This document shows positions 36,781 through 50,160 of a stretch of DNA of 64,000 nucleotides, piece after piece; position 1 is the first letter of the stretch; the number at the start of each line of letters is the position of its first letter. The DNA lies in NCBI GenBank assembly GCA_030390025.1, contig CM059431.1:153452001-153516000 (forward strand), written 5' to 3'. The translations under genes and the position numbers were made by a program. The DNA is from Squalus acanthias (Eukaryota). The notes beneath the pieces are model-generated. The model made no database searches and was not told the origin of the DNA. It saw only the letters and a list, made by a program, of their open reading frames with translations.

Positions 36781-39700
36781 AGTGTCTTTCTATCAGGGAC
36801 CCATTTTAAAGAGGCAGTCTCACACTCGGGGACCCATTTTAAAGAGAGCGTCATTCTATCAGGGACCCCTTTTAAAGAGGGCGTCTTGCTATCAGGGAAC
36901 CCTTTTAAAGAGGCAGCCTCACCATCAGGGACCCCTTTTAAAGAGAGAGCCTTAATATCAGGGACCCCTTTTAAAGAGTGTGTATTTCTATCAGGGTCCC
37001 CTTTAAAAGAGAGTGTTTCCGCTTGAGGGACTACTATTACAGAGGAAGTCTCACCAACAGGGACCCCTTTTAAACAGGGTTCCCTTTTAAAGATTGAGTC
37101 CCTCTTTGGGAACCCCTTTTAAAGAGTGAATCTCACCATCAGGGATTCATTTTAAAGATGGACTCCCACACTCTGGGAACCCTTTTAAAGAGGGTGCCTC
37201 ACCATTAGGGACCCCTTTTAAAGACGGAGTCTCACCATAAGGCAAGCCTTTTAAAGAGAGAGTCTTTGTCTCAGGCACCCCTTTTAAAGGCGGTGCCTTA
37301 CCATCAGGGACACCTATTTAAAGAGGGAGTGTCTCTCTCATGGAGCCCTTTTAAAGAGAGTCTCACCATCAGGGAACGCTTTTTAAGAGTGAGTCTCACC
37401 ATCAGGGACCCCTTTTAAAGAGAGTGTCTCACAATCAGAGACACTTTTAAAATGGCTTCTTTCTATCAGGGAGCCTTTTTAAAGAGAGTCTCCCCATTAC
37501 GGAACCCCTTTAAAGAGGGAATCTCAACATCAGGGACACATTTTAAAGAGTGAGTCGCACCATCAGGGACCCCTTTTAAAGAAGGACTCTTTCTATCAGG
37601 GAATACTTTTAAAGGGGGGTCTCGCCATTAGGGACCCCTTTTAAAGAGGGAGACTCACCATCAGGGAACCGTTTTAAAGAGAGAGTCTTTCTTTAAGGGA
37701 CACCTTTTAAAGAGGGAGTCTCACCATAAGGGATCCCTTTTAAAGAGGGGGTCTCACCATCAGGGGCCCCTTTTGAAGAGGGAATCTCACCATCAGGGGC
37801 CCCTTTAAAAGAGGGAGGCTCACCATAAGGGATCCATTTTAAAGAGTGGGTCTCCCAAAAAGGGACCCGTTTTAAAGGGTGTGTCTCACAATCAGGGACA
37901 CCTTTTAATGAGGGAGTCTCACCATCAGAGCCACTTTTAAAGAGAGAGTCTCTCCACCAGGGACCCCTTTTAAAGAGCGAATCTGAACATCGGGGACCCC
38001 TTTTAAAGAGGGAGACTCACAATCATGGGCCCCTTTTAAAGAGAGAGTCTCACCATCAGGGACCCCTTTTAAAGAGGCTGTATCCACTTCAGGGACCCAT
38101 TTTAATGAGAGAGTCTTTTCACCAGGACCCCTTTTAATGAGAGAGTCTTTCTATCAGGGACCCCTTTTAAAGAGAGTTTTTCCAACAGGGACAGGGAGTT
38201 TCAGCATTCGGGACTCCTATTAAAGAGGGAAACTCACCATCAGGGACCCCTTTTAAAGAAGGAGTCTCAAAATCAGAGACCCCTTTTAAAGAGGCATTCT
38301 CACCATCAGGGACCCCTTTTAATGAGAGAGTTTCGCCATCAGGGTCACCTTTTAAAGAGGAAGTCTTTCTATCAGGGATCCCTTTTAAAGTGAGTCTTAC
38401 CATCAGGGAACCCTATTAAAGAGTGCGTCTCACCATCAGAGATTCCTTTTAACGAGGGAGTTTCACCATCAAGGACCCCTTTTAAAGAGGATGTCTCAAA
38501 TTCAGGTGCCCCTTTTATAGAGGGAGTCTCACCCTCGGGGTCACTTTTTAAAGAGAGTTTCTTTCTATCAGGGACCATTTTTAATGAGAGAGTCTACCTA
38601 TTAGGAACCCCTTTTATAGGGGCATACCATCAGGGACCCCTTTTAAAGAGGGTGTCTCACCATTAGGGACCCTGTTAAACAGCGAGTCTCACCATCAGGG
38701 ACCCATTTTAAAGAGAGAGCCTTTCTATCAGGAACCCCTTTTAAAGAAGGTGTTTTTCTATCAGGAACCCCTTTTAAAGATGGTGTTTTTTTTAGCATCA
38801 GGGACTCCTATTAGAGAGGGAATCTCACCAACAGCGACATCTTTTAAAGAGGCAGTCTCCCCATCAGGGACCCCTTTTAAAGATAGAGTTTCGCCATCAG
38901 GGTCCCATTTTAAAGAGAGAGTTTTTGTATCGGGGACCCCTTTTAAAGGGGCAGCCTAACCGCCTGGGACTCCTTTTAAAGAGGGAGTCTCACCATCAGG
39001 GACCCCTTTTAAAGAGAGAGTCTTTCTATCAGGGACCCATTTTAAAGAGGGCGTCTTTCTATCAGGTTCCACTTTTAAAGCTTTTAAAGAGGATGTTTAA
39101 GAATCAGCGATTCCTATTAAAGAGGGAGTCTCACCATCAGGGAACCCTTTTAAAGAGGGTGTCGCACCATCAGGGATCCCTTTTAAAGAGAGAGTCTTTC
39201 TATCAGGTACACATTTTAAAGATGCAGTCTCAACCTCGGGTATCCATTTTAAAGAGAGCGTTATTCTATCAAGGACCCCTTTTAAAGAGGGCGTCTTTCT
39301 AGCAGAGAGCACTTTTAAAGAGGGAGTGCCTCCCTCGCGGACCCATTTTAAAGATAGAGTCTTTCATTCGGGGACCCCTTTTAAAGAGGGCGTCTTACTA
39401 TCAGGGACCTATTTTAAAGATGGTGTTTCATCATCAGGTAATATTAAAGAGTGAATATCACCCTCAGGGACACCTTTTAAAGAGGCTGTTTCTGCATCAG
39501 GGAAGAATTTTAAAGAGAGAGTCTCCCCATGATTGAGACCTAGTAAAAAGAGTGAGTCTCAATATCAGGGACCCCTTTAAAGAGGGTTTTTCAGCATTTG
39601 TGACACCTATTAAAGAGCGAGTCTCCCACATCAGGGACCCGTTTTAAAGAGAGATGCTCACCATTAGGGAATACGTTTAAAGAGAGTGTCTCACCATTAG

Positions 39701-40108
39701 GGAATACTTTTAAAGAGAGTGTCTCACCATCAGGGACATCTTTTAAACAGATGGTCTCGCAATCAGGGACATCTTTTAAAGAGGGAGCATCGCCATTAGT
39801 GACACCTTATAAACAGGTAGTCTCACCGACAGAGAATCTTTAAAGAGAGTAACTTTCTATCAGGGAGCCCTTTTAAAGAGGGAGTTTCACCAACAGGTAT
39901 CACTTTTAAAGAGGAAGTCTTACCATCGGGGATCACTTTTCCAGAGTGAAACTTTCTGACAGGGAACACTTTTAATGAGGGAATCTCACCATCAGAGTAC
40001 ATTTTAAAGAGGGAATGTTTCTATCAGGGAGCCATTTTAAGAGTGAGTCTTACCATCAGGGAACCCTTTTTAAGAGTGAGTCTCACCATCAGGGAACCCT
40101 TTTAAAGA

Positions 40109-40482
40109 GCTGAAATAACCCTATTTGAAAGGGGATACTGATGAGGAGACACCCTCTTTAAAAGGGGTCATTGATGTTGAGAGTCTCTCTTTAAAAGGCT
40201 TCCCTGATGGGGGAGACTCCCTCTTTGATACGAGACTTTGAAGCTGAAACACCCTCTTTAAAATGTGTCCAGATGGTGAGATTCCCTCTTAAAAGCGGTC
40301 CACAATGGGGAGACTCTCTTTAAAATGATAGAAAGACGCCCTCTTCAAAAGGGGTCCCTAATAGAAAGATTCCCACTTTAAAAGGGTCTCTGATTGTGAG
40401 AATCCCTCTTTACAAGTGATCACTAATGGGGAGATTCTCTGATTAAAAGGTGTCCCTGATGGTGAAACTCCCTCTTTAAAAG
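40109..40482 (-). repeat. Inverted block of satellite, copy 2
   Basis: Same junctions (GAGCTGAAA.AACCCTATTTGAAAGGGG) and the same order of variants as 35372-35752. Confidence 0.95.
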
Positions 40483-43400
40483 GAGTCTCACAATCAGGGA
40501 CCCCTTTTAAAGAGGGTGTATCTCCGTCAGGGAAGCATTTTAATGAGAGAGTCTCTCCACCATGGACCCCTTTGAAAGAGGGAGTCTCACCATCAGAGAC
40601 ACTTTTAAAGAGGAATTCCCATCATCAGAGACCCCTTTTAAAGACAGAGTCTTTCTATCAGGGCCCCATTTTAAAGAGGCAGTCTCACCCTCGGGGACAC
40701 ATTTTAAACAGTGCGTCATTCTATCAGGGACCCCTTTTAAAGAGGACGTCTTTCTATCAGGGAGCCCTTTTAAAGAGGGTGTATTTCTATCAGGGACCCC
40801 TTTTAAAGAGTGTGTTTCAGCTTCAGGGACTCCTATTACAGAGGTAGTCTCACCAACAGGGACCCCTTTTAATGATGGAGTCTCACCATCAGGGAACCCT
40901 TTTAAAGCGGCAGTCTCCCCATCAGGGACCCCTTTTAAACAGGGTTCCCTTTTAAAGATGGAGTCCTTCTTTGGGGAACCCCTTTTAAAGAGTGAATCTC
41001 ACCATCAGGGATTCATTTTAAAGAGGGACTCCCACACTCAGGGATACATTTTAATGAGGGTGTCTCACCATCAGGGACCCCTCATAAAGACGGAGTCTCA
41101 CCATAAGGCAAGCCTTTTAAAGAGAGAGTCTTTGTCTCAGGCACCCCTTTTAAAGGGGGAGCCTTACCATCAGGACACCTATTTAAAGAGGGAGTGTTTC
41201 TCTCATGGAGCCCTTTTAAAGAGAGTCGTACCATCAGGGAACGCTTTTTAAGAGTGAGTCTCACCATCAGGGACCCCTTTTAAAGAGAGTGTCTCACAAT
41301 CAGAGACACTTCGAAAACGGCTTCTTTCTATCAGGGAGCCTTTTTAAAGAGAGTCTCTCCATTACGGACCCCCTTTAAAGAGGGAATCTCAACATCAGGG
41401 ACACATTTTAAAGAGTGAGTCGCACCATCAGGGACCCCTTTTAAAGAAGGACTCTTTCTATCAGGGAATACTTTTAAAGCGGGAGTCTCACCATCAGAGA
41501 CATTTTTAAAGTTGATGTCTCACCATCAGGGACCCCTTTTAAAGAGGGAGACTTACCATCAGGGACCCTTCTAAAGAGAGAGTTTTTCTATCAGGGATCC
41601 CTTTTAAAGGGGGGTATCGCCATTAGGGACCCCTTTTAAAGAGGGAGAATCATCATCAGTGAACCCTTTTAAAGAGAGAGTCTTTCTTAAAGGGACCCCT
41701 TTTAAAGAGGGAATCTCACCATAAGGGATCCCTTTTGAAGAGGGATCTCACCATCAGGGGCCCCTATAACAGATGGAGGTTCACCATAAGGGATCCCTTT
41801 TAAAGAGTGGGTGTCCCAAAAAGGGACCCCTTTTAAAGGGTGTGTCTCACAATCAGGGACACCTTTTAATGAGGGAGACTCACCATCATTGCCACTTTTA
41901 AGAGAGAGTCTCTCCAACAGGGACCCCGTTTAAAGAGCGAGTCTCAACATCAGGGACCCCTTTTAAAGAGGGAGACTCACAATCATGCGCCCCTTTGAAA
42001 GAGAGAGTCTCACCATCAGGGACCCCTTTTAAAGAGGCTGTATCCGCTTCAGGGACCCCTTTTAATGAGAGAGTCTTTTCACCAGGACCCCTTTTAATGA
42101 GAGAGTCTTTCTATCAGGGTCCCCTTTTAAAGAGATTTTTTCCAACAGGGACCCCTTTTAAACAGGGGGTTTCAGCATTAGGGACTCCTATTAAAGAGGG
42201 AAACTCACCATCAGGGACCCCTTTTAAAGAAGGAGTCTCAAAATCAGAGACCCCTTTTAAAGAGGCAGTCTCTCCATCAGGGACCCCTTTTAATGAGAGA
42301 GTTTCGCCATCAGGGTCCCCTTTTAAAGAGGAAGTTTTTCTATCAGGGATCCCTTTTAAAGTGAGTCTTACCATTAGGTAACCCTATTAAAGAGTGCGTC
42401 TCACCATCAGCGATTCCTTTTAACGAGGGAGTTTCACCATCAAGGGCCCCTTTTATTGAGGATGTCTCAAATTCAGGTGCCCCTTTTATAGAGGGAGTCT
42501 CACCCTCGGGATCTCTTTTAAAGAGAGTTTATTTCTACCAAGGACCATTTTTAATGAGAGAGTCTACCTATTAGGGACCCCTTTTAGAGAGGCATACCAT
42601 CAGGAACACTTTTAAAGAGGGTGTTTCAGCATCAGGGACTCCTATTAAAGAGGGAGTATCACCATGAGGGACTCCTATTAAAGAGGGAGTCTCACCATCA
42701 GGGACCCCTTTTAAAGAGGGAGTCTCACCATCAGTGACCGCTTTTAAAGAGAGAGTTTCGCCATCAGGGACATCGTTTGAAAGCGGGAGATTCAGCATCA
42801 ATAGCGCTTTTAAAGAGATAGATTCTCCATCAGGGACCCCTTTTAAAGAGTAAGTCACGCCATCAGGGACCACGTTTAAAGAGATAATCTCACCATCAGC
42901 GACCCCTTTTAAAGAGAGAGTTTCGGCATCAGGGAACCCTTTAAAGAAGGAGTCTCAACATCAGGGACCCCTTTTAGAGAGAGTTTCGTCATCAGGGACA
43001 CCTTTTAAAGAAAGGAGTCTTTCTATCACGGAGCCCGTTTAAAGTGAGTCTTACAATCAGGGACCCCTTTTAATGAGCGAGTCTCACCCATCAGAGATCC
43101 TTTCCAATCAGGGAGTGTCTCCATCAGGGACACATTTTGAAAGAGGGAGTTCCAGCATCAGGGGCCCCTTTTAAAGAGGGAGACTCACCATCAGAAACCC
43201 CTTTTAAAGAGAACGTTTCACTATCAGGGACCCCTTTTAAAGCGAGAGCCTCCCCATTTGGGGACCATTTTAAAGAGGCTCACCATCTGGGACCTCTTTT
43301 AAAAAGGGAGTTTCAGCATCAGGGACACCTTTTAAAGAGAAATTCTCACCATCAGGGCTCCCTTTTAAAGAGGGAGTCTTTCCATCAGGGACCCCTTTTA

Positions 43401-46400
43401 AAGAGAGAGTCTAAACATCAGGGAGCCCTTTTAAAGAGAGAGTATTTCTAATAGGGACCCCTTATAAAGAGGTGTCTCACACTCGGGGACCCATTTTATA
43501 GAGAGAGACTTTCTATTAGGGACCGCTTTAAAGAGGTGTCTCACACTCGGGGACACATTTTAAAGAGAGTCTTTCTATCAGGGACCCATTTTAAAGCGAG
43601 AGTCTCCCCATTAAGGACCCTTTTAAAGAGTAGGTCTCACAATCTGGGACAACTTTTAAAGATATAATCTCACCATTAGGGACCTCTTTTAAAGAGAGAG
43701 TCTCACCATCAGGGACCCCTTTTAAAGAGGGTGTCTCACCCGTTTTGAAGAGGTTTTTCAGCATCAGGGGCCTTTTAAAGATCGAATCTCACCATCAGGG
43801 GCCCCTTTTAAAGAGTGAGTATCTCCTTCAATGACCCCTTTTAAAGAGAGAGACTCTCCATCAGGGACCTCTTTTAAAGAGGGAGTCTCACCATCACGGA
43901 CCCCTATTAAAGAGGGAGTCTCTCCCTCGAGGACCCCTATTAAGGAGGGAGTCTCGCAATCAGGGACCCCTATTAAAGAGTGAGTCTCTCCCTCGGGGAG
44001 ACATTTTAAAGAGATAATCTTTCTATCAGGGACCCCATTGAACGAGGGCTTCTTTCCATCAGGAAGCCCTTTTAAAGATTGTGTTTCAGCATCAGGGACT
44101 CCTATTAAAGAGAGATTCTCAACATCAGCGACCCCTTTTAAAGAGGGTGTCTCAGCATTAGTGACATATTTTAAAGTTGGTGTCTCTCCATCAGGGAGCG
44201 CTTTTAAATAAAGGTTCTCTCCATCGGGTTCCCCTTTTAAAGAGGGTGTCTTTCTATTAGGGACCCCTTTTAAAGAGGGAGTCTCACCATCAGGGATCCT
44301 TTTTAAACAGGGAGCCTTTCTATCAGTGAGATCATTTAATGATGGAGTATCAACATTAGGGACCCTTTTGAATGCTGGGGTATCAGCATCAGGGAACGAT
44401 TTTAAAGAGGCAGTCTCGCCATCAGGGACGACTTTTAAACAGGGAGTCACAGCTTCAGGGACCCATTTTAAAAAATGGAGTCTCACCATCAGGAACCCCT
44501 TTTAAAGGGGGAGGCTCACCATCAGGGACCCCTTTTAAAGAGACAGTCTTTCTTTCAGGGACCCCTTTTAAAGAGGGCGTCTTTCTATCAGGGACCCCTT
44601 TTAAAGAGGATGTTCAGCATCAGGGACATCTATTAAAGAGGGAGTCCCCCCCATCAGGGGACCTTTTTAAATAGAGAATCTCGACATCAAGGTCCCCTTT
44701 TAAAGAGGGAGTCTCACCATCAGGAACCCCTTTTAAAGAGGCTGTTTCAGCATCAGGGAACCCTTTTAAAGAGGGTCTCTCCACCAGGGACACCTTTTAA
44801 AGAGGGAGTCTCACCATCTGGGACCCATTTTACAGAAGGAGTTTCGGCATTAGGGACAGCATTTAAAGTGATAGTCTCTCATCAGGGGCCCCTTTTAAAG
44901 ACAGAGTCTCAACATGAGGGACGACTTTTAAAGAGGGTGTCTCACCATTGGGGAGATTTTTAATAGAGAGTCTCTTCATCAGGGACCCCTTTTAAAGAGA
45001 GTCTTACCATCAGGGCTCGCTTTCAAGAGGTAGTCTTTCTATCATGGGGACCTTTTAAAGAGGGTGTCTTACTATCAGGGAAATCTTTTAAAGAGGGAGT
45101 CTCTCCATCAGGGACACTTTTAAAGAGAGACTCTCCCAATTTGGGACCCCTTTTAAAGAGGGTGTCTCACCATCAGGGAGAACATTTAAAGAGGTAGTCT
45201 CACCATCAGAGAGACTTTTAAAGAGAGCGTCTTTCCTACAAGTTCCACTTTTAAAATGGGAGTCTTTCTATCAGGGACCCCTTTTAAAGAGACAATCTCA
45301 CCATCAGGGATCCCTTTTAAAGAGGGAATATTTCTATGAGGGAGCCCTTTTAAAGATAGTTTTACCATCAGGGATCCCTTTTAAAGAGGGAGTCTCACCA
45401 TCAGGGACCGATTTTAAAGATGGAGTCTCACCATCAGGCACCCCTTATAAAGAGAGATTCTCACCATCAGGGTCCCCTATTGAAGAGTGTGTCTCACTAT
45501 TAGGGACCCCTTTTAAAGAGTGTGTCTCACCCGTTTTAAAGAGGGTGTTTCAGCATCAGGGAACCCTTTTAAAGATAGAATCTCACCATCAACGGTCTCT
45601 TTTAAAGATTGAGTATCTCCGTCTTGGAACACTTTTAATGAGACAGAATTTCCAGAAGGGACCCTTTTAAAGAGAGCGTCTCGCCTTCAAGGACCCCATT
45701 TAAAGAGGGAGTATACCCGTCAAGGACCCCTTTTAATGAGAGAGTCTCTACATCAGGGACCGCTTTTAAAGAGGGAGTTTCATCATCAGGGAACCCTCTT
45801 ACAGAGGCTGCTTAGGCTTCAGAGACCCCTTTTAAAGAGATAGTCTCTGCATCAGGGTACGCTTTTAAAGAGAGAGACTCACCATCAGGGATCCCTTTTT
45901 AAGCGGGTGTCTCACCATGAGAGACAACTTGTAAAGAGGGAATCTCACCATCAGGGAAAACTTTTAAAGGGAGATTGTCTCAATCAGGGACCCCTTTTAA
46001 AGAGAGTCTCCCCTTTAGGGATCCCTTTTAAAGAGGGAGTCTCGCCATCAGAGACCCTTTCAAAGAGGTAGTCTTTTTATCAGGGTGCCCGTTTAAATAC
46101 GGAGTCTCACCCTTGGCGACCAAATTTAAAGATTGTGTCTTTCTATCAGGGAACCCTTTTAAAGAGAATCTTCCTATTAGGGACAACGTTTAAAGAGAGA
46201 GTGTCACCATCAGGGGTCCCTTTTAAAGAGCGTGTGTCTCAATCAGGGACCCCTTTTAAAGAGGTTGTCTCCTCATTAGGGATCTCTTTTAAAGAGGATT
46301 TTTCCCCATCAGATCCTCTTTTAAAGAGGGAGTCTCTCCATAAGAGACCCTTTTAAAGAGGGAGTCTTTTTATCAGGGAGCCTTTTTAAAGGGAGTCTTA

Positions 46401-49400
46401 CCATCAGGGAACCCTTTTAAAGAGAGAGATTCATCATCAGGGTCACAATTAAAGAAGGTGTCACACCATCAGGGACACCTTATAAAGAGTGAGTCTCACC
46501 ATTGAAGTGATAATTACAATTCCTTTTACAGAGGGAGTTTCAGTATCAGGGACCGCTTTGAAAGAAAGAGTTTCGCCATCAGGGACGCCTTTTAAAGAGG
46601 GAGTGTCCCCACCAGGGACCCCTTTTAAAGAGTCTCACCATCAGGGACGCCTTTTAAAGAGGGAGTGTCTCCATCAGGGACCCCTTTTAATGAGGGAGTC
46701 TCCACCATTAGGTACAGTTTTAATGAGGGAGTCTCACCATCAGGGACACCTTTTAAAGAGGGAGTCTCACCATCAGGGACCGATTTTAAAGATGGAGTCT
46801 CACCATCAGGCACCCCTTATAAAGAGAGATTCTCACCATCAGGGTCCCCTATTAAAGAGTGTGTCTCACTTTTAGGGACCCCTTTTAAAGAGTGTGTCTC
46901 ACCCGTTTTAAAGACGGTGTTTCAGCATCAGGGAACCCTTTTAAAGATAGAATCTCACCATCAACGGTCACTTTTAAAGATTGAGTATCTCCGCCTTGGA
47001 ACACTTTTAATGAGACAGAAATTCCAGAAGGACCCCTTTTAAAGAGAGCGTCTCGCCTTCAAGGACCCCATTTAAAGAGGGAGTATACCCGTCAGGGACC
47101 CCTTTTAATGAGAGAGTCTCTACATCAGGGAACGCTTTTAAAGAGGGAGTTTCATCATCAGGGAACCCTCTTACAGAGGCTGCTTAGGCTTCAGAGACCG
47201 CTTTTAAAGAGATAGTCTCTGCATCAGGGTACGCTTTTAAAGAGAGAGACTCACCATCAGGGATCCCTTTTTAAGCGGGTGTCTCACCATGAAAGACAAC
47301 TTGTAAAGAGGGAATCTCACCATCAGGGAAACATTTTAAAGGGAGATTGTCTCAATCAGGGACCCCTTTTAAAGACAGTCTCCCCTTTAGGGATCCCTTT
47401 TAAAGAGGGAGTCTCGCCATCAGAGACCCATTTTAAAGATTGTGTCTTTCTATCAGGGAACCCTTTTAAAGAGAATCTTCCTATTAGGGACAACGTTTAA
47501 AGAGAGAGTGTCAAGATCAGGGGTCCCTTTTAAAGAGCGTGTGTCTCAATCAGGGACCCCTTTTAAAGAGGTTGTCTCCTCATTAGGGATCTCTTTTAAA
47601 GAGGATTTTTCCCCATCAGATCCTCTTTTAAAGAGGGAGTCTCTCCATAAGAGACCCTTTTAAAGAGGGAGTCTTTTTATCAGGGAGCCCTTTTAAAGGG
47701 AGTCTTACCATCAGGGAACCCTTTTAAAGAGAGAGATTCATCATCAGGGTCACAATTAAAGAAGGTGTCTCACCATCAGGGACACCTTATAAAGAGAGAG
47801 TCTCCCCATTGAAGTGATAATTACAATTCCTTTTACAGAGGGAGTTTCAGTATCAGGGACCGCTTTGAAAGAAAGAGTTTCGCCATCAGGGACGCCTTTT
47901 AAAGAGGGAGTGTCCCCACCAGGGACCACTTTTAAAGAGTCTCCCCATCAGGGACGCCTTTTAAAGAGGGAGTGTCTCCATCAGGGACCCCTTTTAATGA
48001 GGGAGTCTCCACCATTAGGTACAGTTTTAATGAGGGTGTCTCACCATCAGGGACACCTTTTAAAGAGGGAGTCTCACCATCAGGGACATCTTTTACAGAG
48101 GGAGTTTCAGCATCAGGGACACATCTTACAGATGGAGTTTCAGCATCAGAGACCGCTTTGAAAGAAAGAGTTTCGCCATCAGGGACGCCTTTTAAAGAGG
48201 GAGTGTCCCCACCATGGACCACTTTCGAAGAGGGAGTCTCCCCATCAGGGACCCCTTCCGAAGAGGGAGTCTCACCGTCAGGGACACATTTTAAAGAGGG
48301 TTTCTCACCATCAGTGTCCCCTTTTAAATAGGGCGTCTCACCATCAGCGACCCCTTTTAAAGAGGGAGTCTGACCATAAGGGATCCCATTAAAGAGGGAG
48401 TCTGACAAACAGGGCCCCCTTATAACGATAGAATTTCCCCATAAGTATCCCTTTTAAAGAGAAATTCGCACCATCAGAGACACCTTTTACAGAGAGGATC
48501 TCACCATCAGGGACCCCTTTTAAAGAGAGAGTCTCACCATCAGGGATCCCTTTTAAAGAGGGGGTCTCAGTATCAAGGACCCCTTTTAACGAGAGAGTCT
48601 CCCCATTAGGGATCCCTTTTCAAGAGGAAGTCTCACCATCAGAGACACCTTTTTAAAAGAGAGGCTCAACAACAGGAATCAATTTTAAAGAGATTCTCAC
48701 CGTCAGAGACCCTTTCAAAGAGGGAGTTTTTCGATCAGGGAGCCCTTTGACAGAGACAGTTTCATCATCAGACGCCCTTTTTAAGAGGAAGTCCTTCTGT
48801 CAGTTAGCACTTTTAAAGAGACTGTCTTTTTATCAAGGACCCCTTTTAAAGTGAGACTCTTTTGATCAGAGAACTCTTTACGGAGATACTTCCTATCAGG
48901 CACACCTTTTAAAGAGATAGTCTATTCATCAGGGACTCCTTTTAAAGAGAGAGTCTCATCATCACGGACTCTTTTAAAGAGGGAGTCTCACCATCGGAAA
49001 CACTTTAAAAGAGAGAGTCTCACTGTCAGAGGCCTTTTTAAAGAGTGAGTGTCACCATCGGGGATCCCTTTTAAAGAGAAATTCCCCCTATCAGTGACCC
49101 CTTTTAAAGAGGGTGTCTCACCATCAGGGACACCTTTTAAAGAGGGTATTTCATCATCAGTGACCCATTTTAAAGAGAGAGTGTTAACATCAGGGATTCC
49201 TTTGAAAGAGGGAGTCTCACCATCAGGGACCCCTTGTAAAGAAGAAGTCTCACCATCAGGTACCGCTTTTATTGAGGGTCACCCACCATCAGGGACCCCT
49301 TGTAAAAGGAGAGTCTTACCATCAGGTACCCTTTTTAATGAGGGTGTCTCACCATCAGTGACCAATTTTAAAGCGAGAGTCTCATCATTAGGGACCCCTA

Positions 49401-49854
49401 ATAAAGAGAAACTTCCTTTTTTTGGGCACCTTTTAAAGAGAGAGACCCTACCCATCAGGGACTCCTTTAAAAGAGGGGGTCTGCCCATCAGAGACTCCTT
49501 TAAAAGAGGGGGTCTGCCATCAGGGAACCCTTTGAAAGAAATGGTCTCATCATGAGGGACCCCTTGTGAAGAGGGTGTCTCACAATCAGGGACCCCTTTT
49601 AAAGAGGGAGCCTAAACAAGAGCGACCCATTTTAAAGAGAGAGTCTCACCATCAGCGACCCCTTTTAAAGAGAAAGGCTGACTAAAAGGACCCCTTTTAG
49701 AGTGGGACTCTTTCTATCAGGGATCAATTTTAAAGAGGGATTGGCACCATCAGGGAAACCTTGTAAAGAGGGAGTCTCCCCATCAGGGTCCCATTTTAAA
49801 AAGGGAGTCTCGCCATAAAGGACCTCTTTTAAAGAGAGAGTCTTTCTACCAAGG

Positions 49855-50160
49855 ACCATCTTCCTTTGTGCTAGGCATGACTCCAGCCAATAGAGAGTTT
49901 TTCCCCTCATTCCCAATAACTTAAATTTTACGATTGCTCCTTAATGCCACATTTGGTCAAATGCTGCCTTGCTGTCGATGGCAGTCACACTCACCTCAGC
50001 TGTCGAATTCAGCTCTTTGTCCACGTTTCGACCAAAGCTGTAATGAAGTCTGGAGCCGAGTGTCCTGGCTGAACCCAAACTGAGCGTTCGTGAGTAGGTT
50101 TTTGGTGAGTAGGTAACACTTAATAACACTGTCGATTACACCTTTCATCACTTTGCTCAT
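49855..50160 (-). mobile_element. Degraded LINE RT fragment at the right edge of the array
   Basis: Minus-strand VTAIDSKAAFDQMWH and MGMRGKTLYWLESCLAQRKMV are non-LTR RT motifs. Confidence 0.75.

Larger units (their letters stand above)
4453..49854 (+). repeat. 33-bp satellite array (consensus TTTTAAAGAGGGAGTCTCACCATCAGGGACCCC), interrupted by mobile elements
   Basis: Continuous degenerate tandem units with recurring variants (TCTTTCTATCAGGG, TCTCCCCATTAGGG, GTTTCAGCATCAGGG). Segments: about 4453-6080, 7535-14300, 14860-16007, 17890-22659, 28761-31755, 32411-36015, 36781-49854. Confidence 0.98.

Noticed and set aside
4453..49854. Dozens of ORFs with 11-aa repeats (PFKEGVSPSGT, LLKRESHHQGP, PSLKGVPDGET)
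   Set aside because: Artefact of a 33-bp unit being a multiple of three; ORFs occur in several frames on both strands and are constantly broken by indels and stops.
4453..49854. CRISPR-like array
   Set aside because: Units are contiguous degenerate tandem copies without unique spacers; no cas genes; vertebrate context.
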